Source: an uncultured Lachnospiraceae bacterium (GTDB lineage: Bacteria > Bacillota > Clostridia > Lachnospirales > CAG-274). Taken from it: a stretch of 64,000 bases of DNA. Shown piece after piece: positions 38,163 to 46,423 of the stretch (its first letter is position 1; every line of letters starts with the position of its first letter). The notes below the pieces were generated by a model. The model was not told the origin of the DNA. It made no database searches and saw only the letters and a list, made by a program, of their open reading frames with translations. Location of the stretch: assembly GCA_964388305.1 (NCBI GenBank), contig CAYMAA010000001.1:884-64883 (forward strand), written 5' to 3'. A program made the translations under genes and the position numbers.

Positions 38163-39221
38163 TTGATAGAAGTAAAAAATCTTACAAAAAGGTTTGGAAA
38201 AATTACCGCAGTGGACAATTTAAGCTTTACCGTAAATGACGGTGAAATTTTAGGCTTTTTAGGGCCTAACGGTGCAGGAAAATCCACAACAATGAATATG
38301 ATGACGGGGTTTATTTCCTCAACGGAGGGAACGGTTATAATTAACGGCTACGATATTTTGAAAGAACCCCTTAAAGCTAAAGGTGAAATGGGATATTTGC
38401 CCGAAATGCCTCCTGTTTACGGAGATATGACGGTAAGTGAATATTTGGACTTTGTATGCGATATTAAAAAGGTTAAAAAAAGCGAAAAGCCTGCCATGGC
38501 TGCTGACATTATGGAAACCGTTAAAATTACGGCGGTTAAGGACAGAGTTATTAAAAACCTTTCCAAAGGCTACAGGCAGAGGGTAGGGCTTGCTCAGGCG
38601 CTGGTTGGCTACCCTAATCTGCTTATTTTGGACGAGCCTACCGTAGGCTTAGACCCAAAGCAGGTTTTGGATATGAGAGATGTTATTAAAAGCATTGGCA
38701 AAAAGCACACAATTATATTAAGCTCTCACATTTTGCAGGAGGTAAGCGCTGTTTGCGACAGAGTTATTATTATAAACAAAGGCAAAATGGTTACAGAGGG
38801 GTCTGCCCGTGAGCTTTCCGACAAAATTGCGGGAAACAGAGTTAAGGCGGAGCTTAAAGGCGGTGAGAGCGAAATTAACATTTGCCTTGAGGGCATTGAA
38901 AGCATTAAAAGCTTTACTTTAAGCAAAAAAACCGACAGTACCTTTGAGGCTGTATGCGAGGGTGCGGAAGGAGTTGACATAAGAGAGGACATATTTAAGG
39001 CGTTTGCCGCCCAAGGCATTGTTATTTTGGAAATGAAAGCCGTGGATTTAAGCCTTGAGGACATATTTATTAAAGTAATAAGCGGAAGCTATGAGGAAGA
39101 AGAGGTAAACAGGGAAAAGGAAATGCAGGAGAAAAGCGGGGAAAACCATGGCTTTGAGGATTTAACCGCAGAGAGCCTTTCTCTAAATGAAGAACCCGAG
39201 GAAGGAGATGAAGAGGTATGA
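38163..39221 (+). CDS. ABC transporter ATP-binding protein (ABC-2/GldA-like) with an acidic C-terminal tail
   Basis: Walker A GPNGAGKST, signature LSKGYRQRV and Walker B LILDEPTVGLD. The TTG start lies 8 nt after GGAGGGAGG. Confidence 0.9.
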   Translation: MIEVKNLTKRFGKITAVDNLSFTVNDGEILGFLGPNGAGKSTTMNMMTGFISSTEGTVIINGYDILKEPLKAKGEMGYLPEMPPVYGDMTVSEYLDFVCDIKKVKKSEKPAMAADIMETVKITAVKDRVIKNLSKGYRQRVGLAQALVGYPNLLILDEPTVGLDPKQVLDMRDVIKSIGKKHTIILSSHILQEVSAVCDRVIIINKGKMVTEGSARELSDKIAGNRVKAELKGGESEINICLEGIESIKSFTLSKKTDSTFEAVCEGAEGVDIREDIFKAFAAQGIVILEMKAVDLSLEDIFIKVISGSYEEEEVNREKEMQEKSGENHGFEDLTAESLSLNEEPEEGDEEV

Positions 39222-40102
39222 GTGCAATTTTCAAAAAAGAAATAAGAACATATTTTACCACTTTAACGGGGTACATATTTTTAGGCTTTTTTGTTGCCGT
39301 TATGGGTATTTATTTTATGATAAACAATATTGGCGACGGGTCTGCCCTTAATGTTAATTATATAGGCACTCTTACTTATTCCGCCTCTACATTTTGGATA
39401 CTTATACCCGTTTTAACAATGCGCCTTTTTGCTGAGGAGGCAAAGCAAAGAACAGACCAGCTTTTGTTTACATCACCCGTGAGAGTAAGCGACATAGTTT
39501 TGGGTAAATTTTTTGCCGCAGGGGCATTGTTTTTAACAGGGGTTATTATAACCTGCATATTTCCCGCAGTATTAAGCCGATATGCGGATATTGGCATGGC
39601 AAGAACCCTTAATGCTCTTTTTGGCTATGTGCTTATGGGTCTTGCTCTTATTTCCGTGGGTATTTTTATTTCCGTGCTTACGGATAACCAGATAATTGCG
39701 GCGGTAGTTACCTTTGCGGCGGTTTTTGTTATGTTTAACATAGACTCCATTGTGGCTCAAATGCCCGTTTCCGCAGAGGCATCATTAATATTTGTTATAA
39801 TTTTGCTTATTATTGCTCTTATTATTATATACAATATTACAAAAAGCCTTTTGGCTGCTGTTATTTTGGGTATTGCGGGAGTTTTGGCGGCGGCTTTGAC
39901 CTATTATTTAAGCTACAATATGGGTTTGGGTCTTTATGACGGACTTATTTCCAAATTTTTTAAATGGTTTTCCGTTACATCACGTTACGAAAACTTTTAC
40001 GCAGGTGTATTTTCCCTTGCGGACACGGTTTATTATTTAAGCCTTTCGTTTGTATTTTTATACTTAACGGTTAATGTTATTGAAAAACGCAGATGGGCAT
40101 AA
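39218..40102 (+). CDS. ABC-2 family permease (GldF-like)
   Basis: 294 aa and polytopic. There is an ATGA overlap with the ATPase gene. Confidence 0.75.
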   Translation: MSAIFKKEIRTYFTTLTGYIFLGFFVAVMGIYFMINNIGDGSALNVNYIGTLTYSASTFWILIPVLTMRLFAEEAKQRTDQLLFTSPVRVSDIVLGKFFAAGALFLTGVIITCIFPAVLSRYADIGMARTLNALFGYVLMGLALISVGIFISVLTDNQIIAAVVTFAAVFVMFNIDSIVAQMPVSAEASLIFVIILLIIALIIIYNITKSLLAAVILGIAGVLAAALTYYLSYNMGLGLYDGLISKFFKWFSVTSRYENFYAGVFSLADTVYYLSLSFVFLYLTVNVIEKRRWA

Positions 40103-40115
40103 GGAGGGAGAAGAA

Positions 40116-41552
40116 ATGAAGAATTTATTTGAAAACAAAAGATTTATTTACGGAACATACTCCACCCTTACCGCCATTGTTGTTATAGGAATTGCCGTTG
40201 TTATAAACATAATTGCAGGCAGTATTAATTATAAAAGGGATTTTACCTTAAACTCCATATATTCCGTAACGGACAAAACAAAAGAGGTTTTAAATGAAAT
40301 TGAAGATGACGTTACCGTTTATGCCCTTTATCAAACAGGGGGAGAGGACGACAGCGTTATGCAGGTTTTGGATCAGTACGAAAACGCCTGTTCCAAAATA
40401 AAAATAAAAAATGTTGACCCGTATCTTAACCCCAAGTTTGCGGAAAAGTATGCGGACGGGGGCAGCATAAGCGCAGGCAGTCTTATTGTGGAGTGCGGCG
40501 ATGTTTACAAGGTTGTGGAAAGCGGCAAATTTATTGGAGTACAAACAAACAGTGAAACAAACGAGCAGGAGCAGGTGCTTAATGTGGAGGCTCAGGTTAC
40601 GGGAGCAATAAAATATGTTACCGCAAAGGAACACCCTGTAATTTATAACGTAACAGGGCATGACGAAATAGGACTTGAAAGCTTAGGCTCGGCGCTTAAG
40701 GACAATTTGGAAACTTCAAACTACACTTTAAAGGACATAAATCTTTTTGAAGAGAATATACCCGAGGATTGCGCAATGCTTTTTATTTCCACACCGCAAA
40801 AGGACTATACTGCGGACGAGGCTCAAAAGGTTAGGGAATATTTGGCTGAAAGCGGCAGAGCCATTGTTATGATAGACAACATTGGCATTAAGCTTGACAA
40901 TCTTTACAAGGTGCTGGAATATTACGGAGTCAGCTTTTCTCAGGATTTTATAATAGAACAGAACAGCTCCAATATGTACAACAGTATGCCCTATTGTATT
41001 TTGCCAAATATAAACGAAAATGACAAGGTGGAGGGCATTGGCAGCTCAAAGGTGCTTATGCTTTCGCCCTATGCAATAAATTCTTCCGTTGATAAAAGAG
41101 GCAGTGTGACCGTAACACCTCTTTTATCCACAAGCAAGGAGTCTTTTGCAAAGGCGGGAACAATGACAGATCCCAACAGCTCCGTTTCCAAAGAGGCAGG
41201 GGACATAAGCGGGCCTTTTAACACCGCTGTGGCTGTGGAAGATGTTTACGACATAGGCTCTGAAAAGAACAAAACAAGGCTTGTTGTTTGCTCCGCTTAT
41301 GCTTATATGCTGTATAATGACTATGACAGCGCCGTTAATTACGGAAACTCCGAATATATTGTAAACTGTGTGGACTGGCTGACAGAATCAAGCGGCGGCA
41401 GTGTTTATGTTTCTCCAAAAACAATAAGCGAGCCTACCTATTATATAGATTTCGGCACATCACAAAGAATTAAGTATATATGCGTTATAATGCTGCCTTT
41501 GTTTATAATAGGCGTTGGAGTTATTGTTTGGCTATTTAGGAGGAACAGGTAA
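40116..41552 (+). CDS. GldG-like ABC-transporter auxiliary protein
   Basis: N- and C-terminal TM anchors flank a large extracytoplasmic domain. This position after the ABC-2 permease is typical of the GldG family. The ATG at 40116 lies after AAGGAGGGAG. Confidence 0.7.
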   Translation: MKNLFENKRFIYGTYSTLTAIVVIGIAVVINIIAGSINYKRDFTLNSIYSVTDKTKEVLNEIEDDVTVYALYQTGGEDDSVMQVLDQYENACSKIKIKNVDPYLNPKFAEKYADGGSISAGSLIVECGDVYKVVESGKFIGVQTNSETNEQEQVLNVEAQVTGAIKYVTAKEHPVIYNVTGHDEIGLESLGSALKDNLETSNYTLKDINLFEENIPEDCAMLFISTPQKDYTADEAQKVREYLAESGRAIVMIDNIGIKLDNLYKVLEYYGVSFSQDFIIEQNSSNMYNSMPYCILPNINENDKVEGIGSSKVLMLSPYAINSSVDKRGSVTVTPLLSTSKESFAKAGTMTDPNSSVSKEAGDISGPFNTAVAVEDVYDIGSEKNKTRLVVCSAYAYMLYNDYDSAVNYGNSEYIVNCVDWLTESSGGSVYVSPKTISEPTYYIDFGTSQRIKYICVIMLPLFIIGVGVIVWLFRRNR

Positions 41553-43033
41553 TGAGCAGGGAAAAATTGACTCTATTAGGCTTTGGAGCCGTTTTTGTTA
41601 TACTTATTGCGCTTTGTGCTTTTTTGACCTCCGGTAAAAAGAATGTTGACGGAGAGGCGGCAGAGAACACTACGGAAAGCAGTGAGGCGGCAAGTCCTTA
41701 CGGGGATAACAGCGAGGGTTTGCCTGTTGTGTTTAACATTGCGGACGGGGTAAATCTTGCGGAGGTCAATGCCGAAAGGCTTAGCCTGCCCGAGGGTATG
41801 AGCGAAAGATATGACCTTAATGACGAAAAAATAAGGCTGTATTTAAAGGGCGATTCTCTTTTTATTGAAGGCTATGAGGACTGCGCCTTAAACAGTGACA
41901 TTGCAGGGCAGTACATAGACGGGTTTTATACCATGTATGCAAGCAGAGAGCTGAAAACCCACGGAGATGCGGCGGAATACGGCTTGGACAAACCCATTGG
42001 GCATTTTGAAATGAAGTACAGCGACGGCAGCGGCATAACCTTTGACATAGGAAACCCGGGAACGGACAAAAACGCTTATTATGTAAGCTGTTCCCTTTCC
42101 GACAGTGTTTATATGGTTACAAGCTCTACGGTTTACAGCTATTTTTGCGGTCTTAACGAGCTTTTGGACAAGAGCATTAACACAATAAATCAAAACGAGA
42201 TATGCTTTATTGGCGTTAAAGACAATGTTAAGGGCAGAGAGCTTTTAATCTCTTATGACAAAACGGAAACGGCGGCTAACGGCAAGGGACTTACATCACT
42301 TAAAATGCACAAGCCTATTGAGGGACTTACGGTATATCCTTACAATCTTCAAACAACACTGTTTGAAGGCTTTAGCACGTTTAGACCTGTGGATATAGCC
42401 GCGGTTAAGCCGTTGGATTTGAGTCCTTACGGGTTGGACAAGCCAAAATATGAAATAGGCTTGCAGGATACGGAGGAGGACAACAGCCTTATGGTTTATG
42501 TGGGCAATGAGGCTGACGAATATTACAGCTATTGTATGTTTCCCGAAGGGAATATTGTTTTTACAATGCCCTCAAATGCCATAAGCTCCTTTACGGACTA
42601 CAACATATTTGATTTTGTGGAAAGACTTGTGGATTTACAAAACAGAAAGGATGTTGACAGCGCCGTAATTGAAACAAAGGCGGGAGAAAGGTACGTTCTT
42701 AAATTCGGAGAGGACACCGTAGGGGATAAAGACGTAGACAACCGTGTGGCGGACTTTAACGGCAAGGAGTATGACAGAACGGGCATTTCACCTTTTTATC
42801 AGCTTCTTATAGGAATTGCCTTTGACAGAATTGAGGACAAGGCGGAAATTAAAGGAGATGCCGAGGTGAGCATTGAGTTTGATTTGCTTAGCGGAAGTAA
42901 AATTGCAGACAAATATTATAACTATGACGAAAACTATTATGTTGTGGAGAAAGACGGAGTAAACACAGGCTTTTTGGTAAAAAGATCCGACATAAAGGCT
43001 ATGCTTGACAAGGCAAGGGAAATTTCACAATAA
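41552..43033 (+). CDS. DUF4340-like membrane-anchored protein
   Basis: N-terminal TM segment, 493 aa. There is a TAATG overlap with the GldG-like gene. The family call rests on architecture and context, not on a search. Confidence 0.55.
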   Translation: MSREKLTLLGFGAVFVILIALCAFLTSGKKNVDGEAAENTTESSEAASPYGDNSEGLPVVFNIADGVNLAEVNAERLSLPEGMSERYDLNDEKIRLYLKGDSLFIEGYEDCALNSDIAGQYIDGFYTMYASRELKTHGDAAEYGLDKPIGHFEMKYSDGSGITFDIGNPGTDKNAYYVSCSLSDSVYMVTSSTVYSYFCGLNELLDKSINTINQNEICFIGVKDNVKGRELLISYDKTETAANGKGLTSLKMHKPIEGLTVYPYNLQTTLFEGFSTFRPVDIAAVKPLDLSPYGLDKPKYEIGLQDTEEDNSLMVYVGNEADEYYSYCMFPEGNIVFTMPSNAISSFTDYNIFDFVERLVDLQNRKDVDSAVIETKAGERYVLKFGEDTVGDKDVDNRVADFNGKEYDRTGISPFYQLLIGIAFDRIEDKAEIKGDAEVSIEFDLLSGSKIADKYYNYDENYYVVEKDGVNTGFLVKRSDIKAMLDKAREISQ

Positions 43034-43037
43034 AAAT

Positions 43038-43069
43038 AAGCCGTTCATACCTTGGGGTATGGGCGGCTT
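43038..43069. terminator. shared terminator between convergent genes
   Basis: 14-bp stem AAGCCGTTCATACC / GGTATGGGCGGCTT (two wobble pairs). The U-run is good on the minus strand (AUUUUUAUU) and weak on the plus strand. Confidence 0.65.
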
Positions 43070-43073
43070 CTGC

Positions 43074-43907
43074 TTAAAGACTGTTAAGCTGATTTTGTAT
43101 ATCTTCTTTTGTTACCGTGTTAAGGGCGGAAATATTGCAGCTGAGAGCCTTTGTAAAGTACTCCCTTGCCGGAGAGGTATTGCCCTCGTTTGCGCTTATT
43201 AAACCCATAAAATAAAGGCTGTCGGGCAAATCCTTATATTCAAGAGCCTTTTTAAAATATTCCTTTGCTTTTTCAAATTCACCCTTTTTATAATAAATTT
43301 GACCCATATTATCCCATGCGGGGGCATGGGCGTCATTATCCTCTATTGCCTTTTTGGTATATTCCTCTGCTTTTTCAAGGTCATTTTTTAAAATATAAAG
43401 ATAACCCAATGTTGTATAAACATCGGTATTAATATATGAGTAGCGGCTTATAAGGTTTTCCAAAAGCTCAATTGCCTTATCCGTATTTCCCATAACCCAA
43501 TAGCAGGAGCTTTTTGAAAGGGATATATATTTATCCATAAGCGGAGAAAAATTATATTTTTCCGACAGTGTAAAATATTTTAGCGCTTCAGCGCCGTCAC
43601 CGTCCTGCAATTTTTGCAAAGCATAAATGTAAAGCGCTTTTACATGGTGAGTGTTGTGTTTAACGGCTTTTTCAAAAAAATAATTTGCACGTTTAAAATG
43701 CTTTATTGTATACCAATAGTTGCCTATCATACCCAATGTGTAGGGAAAAAATATAAGGGCATTTACAGCAAGGTAGGCTATAAATGTGGGGATAAGCACC
43801 CACTCCGGCAGGTTGAGTATAAATACCAAAATTATCCAACTAAGCATAAAAAAGCCCAGTGTAAAATATCGCCAGTATTTCGGCAGGTTAAGTCTTTCGT
43901 TTTTCAT
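43074..43907 (-). CDS. membrane-anchored TPR-repeat protein
   Basis: Two N-terminal TM segments are followed by repeated TPR-like A..Y/F..A patterns (KAIELLENL, KAEEYTKKAIE, KAKEYFKKALE). Confidence 0.7.
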   Translation of the reverse strand: MKNERLNLPKYWRYFTLGFFMLSWIILVFILNLPEWVLIPTFIAYLAVNALIFFPYTLGMIGNYWYTIKHFKRANYFFEKAVKHNTHHVKALYIYALQKLQDGDGAEALKYFTLSEKYNFSPLMDKYISLSKSSCYWVMGNTDKAIELLENLISRYSYINTDVYTTLGYLYILKNDLEKAEEYTKKAIEDNDAHAPAWDNMGQIYYKKGEFEKAKEYFKKALEYKDLPDSLYFMGLISANEGNTSPAREYFTKALSCNISALNTVTKEDIQNQLNSL

Positions 43908-44014
43908 GGCTGCTCCTTTAATAAAAATGTTATTTCAATAAAGGTATTATACATTAGCAATTTAAAAAAGTAAAGAAAATGTTACTCTTTTCATTTGGTG
44001 TTTCCTAAAAATAA

Positions 44015-44043
44015 TTGACTATAGGTTAAAAAAATGTTATAAT
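44015..44043 (+). promoter_or_regulatory. sigma-A-type promoter of the GH13 gene
   Basis: TTGACT (44015-44020), a 17-nt spacer, then TATAAT (44038-44043). Confidence 0.5.
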
Positions 44044-44145
44044 CTTTGTGTGTTTAACCAAGTAAGGAAGTCCCCCGCCTCTTAGGCGGCGGAGTACGAA
44101 TATAATTGACTGACTGATAAAAAATTTGTGTTATTGGAGAATATT

Positions 44146-46209
44146 ATGGATTACAATAGCTATCCCCTTTATAATTATTTTAATATTGATGCGGTTTTTT
44201 CCGATGAAACCGCTGATTATCTTAATATAGAAAAAACGAACCGCAAGGGTTATATAGTTACCGTAAGGTTAAGAATTTGGAAGAATGACAGCGCTCTTTC
44301 GGTATGCTCTGTTGAGGCGGACAATAAAATACATACAATGCAGTGCGCCTGTACGGATAACAGCTTTAAATATTTGGAGGCTCGGTTTTTTACTGTAAAG
44401 TCCGCAAGCTATCATTTTATTATACGCTGCGGAAAAAATGTTTACTACTACAACAAATTCGGTATAAATACGGAGCTTAACACAAGCTATGACTTTAAGG
44501 TCATACCAAGCTTTACCACTCCCGACTGGGCAAAGGGAGCGGTAATGTATCAGATATTTCCGGACAGATTTTACAACGGAAACAGCTCTAATGATGTTAA
44601 AACAAAGGAATATATGTACATGGGCAGAGTTGCCGCTCATGTGGATTGGGATACGCCTGTTTCCAATGATGATATATGCAAATTTTACGGCGGCGACCTG
44701 ACGGGTGTTATGAAAAAAATGGACTATCTCAAGGATTTGGGCATAGACGCCATATACTTTACGCCTGTGTTTGTTTCCCCAAGCTCCCATAAATACGATA
44801 TTCAGGACTATGACTATGTTGACCCGCATTTGGGAGTAATAATAAATGACGGCGGTTCGCCTTTGCCAAAGGGGGTTTTTTCCAATAAATTTGCAACCAT
44901 GTATATTCAGCGCACTACGGACAAGGTTAACCTGGAGGCAAGCAACAAGCTTATGATAAGCCTTATAGAGCTTGCCCACTCCAAGGGCATAAAAATTATA
45001 CTTGACGGTGTTTTCAATCATTGCGGAGCATTTAATAAATGGCTGGATAAGGAGCTTATTTATATGGCAGGGGGGTATCCCGACGGAGCGTATATTTCCG
45101 AAAACAGCATTTACCACGATTATTTTAAATGGTACGACTCCAACTGGCCCGGTAACGATTGCTATGACTGCTGGTGGGGGCATGAAAACCACCCAAAGCT
45201 TAATTACGAAGCATCAAAGGAGCTGCACGACTATATTATAAACATAGGTGTAAAATGGGTTTCTCCGCCATATAATGCGGACGGGTGGCGGCTTGATGTA
45301 GCTGCGGATTTAGGCAGCTCTCAAAGCTATAACCATTCCTTTTGGCAGGACTTCAGAAATGCCGTTAAAGCGGCAAACCCCAATGCCATAATTCTTGCGG
45401 AGCATTACGGTGACGCCTCGCCGTGGCTTTCGGGCGGAGAATGGGACGGAATTATGAACTATGATGCTTTTATGGAGCCTATAACGTGGTTTTTAACAGG
45501 CATGGAAAAGCACAGCGAAAAGCGTGAGGACAGCCAGTACAACAATGCGATGAGCTTTGAGGGGGCAATGCGCTGGCATGGCGCAAAGATGAGCTATCAG
45601 TCGCTTTATGTTGCAATGAACGAGCTTTCAAACCATGACCACAGCAGATTTTTAACAAGAACAAACCGCCGTGTGGGAAGGCTGCATACAGTCGGTTCTC
45701 AGGCGGCTGATACGGGAATAAACAAGGGTATTATGAAAGAGGCAATAACCTTTCAAATGACCTTCCCCGGAGCGCCCACAATTTATTATGGCGATGAAGC
45801 GGGGCTTACAGGGTGGACAGACCCGGATAACCGCCGCCCCTACCCATGGGGTAAGGAGGATATGGATATTTTAAACTATTATAAAAGGCTTATAGGTATC
45901 CATAAATCTTATAGCTGCTTAAAAACAGGCTCTCTGGATTACTTGTTTATGCAGTACGGCATAATAACCTATGCCCGTTTTAATAAAAATGAGGCTGTTG
46001 TTGTTTATCTTAATAACAATGACCATGAAATAGAAATAGATATACCTGTTTGGAGGGCAAACGCCAACAACGGAGATGTTTTTAAAAGAATAATAATGTC
46101 CGAGGCTTCATCGTTTTCCGATAAAATTAAAGCCTATGTTGTAAAAGGCGGCTGTATTCGTGTGTCTTTGCCAAAGTTTTCTTCGGCGGTATATGTAAAA
46201 GAAATATAA
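44146..46209 (+). CDS. GH13 alpha-amylase-family enzyme (neopullulanase/cyclomaltodextrinase-like), cytoplasmic
   Basis: GH13 conserved regions DGVFNHCG, GWRLDVAADL, ILAEHYG and NHDHSRF. There is no signal peptide. The ATG at 44146 lies after GGAGA. Confidence 0.85.
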   Translation: MDYNSYPLYNYFNIDAVFSDETADYLNIEKTNRKGYIVTVRLRIWKNDSALSVCSVEADNKIHTMQCACTDNSFKYLEARFFTVKSASYHFIIRCGKNVYYYNKFGINTELNTSYDFKVIPSFTTPDWAKGAVMYQIFPDRFYNGNSSNDVKTKEYMYMGRVAAHVDWDTPVSNDDICKFYGGDLTGVMKKMDYLKDLGIDAIYFTPVFVSPSSHKYDIQDYDYVDPHLGVIINDGGSPLPKGVFSNKFATMYIQRTTDKVNLEASNKLMISLIELAHSKGIKIILDGVFNHCGAFNKWLDKELIYMAGGYPDGAYISENSIYHDYFKWYDSNWPGNDCYDCWWGHENHPKLNYEASKELHDYIINIGVKWVSPPYNADGWRLDVAADLGSSQSYNHSFWQDFRNAVKAANPNAIILAEHYGDASPWLSGGEWDGIMNYDAFMEPITWFLTGMEKHSEKREDSQYNNAMSFEGAMRWHGAKMSYQSLYVAMNELSNHDHSRFLTRTNRRVGRLHTVGSQAADTGINKGIMKEAITFQMTFPGAPTIYYGDEAGLTGWTDPDNRRPYPWGKEDMDILNYYKRLIGIHKSYSCLKTGSLDYLFMQYGIITYARFNKNEAVVVYLNNNDHEIEIDIPVWRANANNGDVFKRIIMSEASSFSDKIKAYVVKGGCIRVSLPKFSSAVYVKEI

Positions 46210-46214
46210 CATAA

Positions 46215-46250
46215 AGGCTGCTGCGATTTTTATGCGGCAGCCTGTTTTTT
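46215..46250 (+). terminator. intrinsic terminator of the GH13 gene
   Basis: Stem AGGCTGCTGC / GCGGCAGCCT followed by GTTTTTT. Confidence 0.75.
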
Positions 46251-46270
46251 AACACCGATTAATCAGTGTT
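46251..46270. repeat. 20-bp palindrome AACACCGATTAATCAGTGTT (member of the dispersed repeat family)
   Basis: Read directly from the sequence. It sits immediately after the terminator T-run. There is one mismatched position between the two halves. Confidence 0.8.
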
Positions 46271-46423
46271 GCCTTAAAACAAAAGTATACAGGAGTTTTG
46301 CCGGGCGGCATAAAATTTTTGGTATAAATGAACAAAATATTTTCCTAAAACCTTGAAATGTAATATAAAACGTGATACAATATTAATGTTGAATAAACAA
46401 AATTTATGAATGGGAGTGATTAT

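Noticed and set aside
44269-45192. 307-aa ORF antisense to the GH13 gene.
   Set aside because: The sense strand carries all four GH13 conserved regions. The antisense translation is low-complexity (rich in I, V, F and N) with no recognisable motifs.
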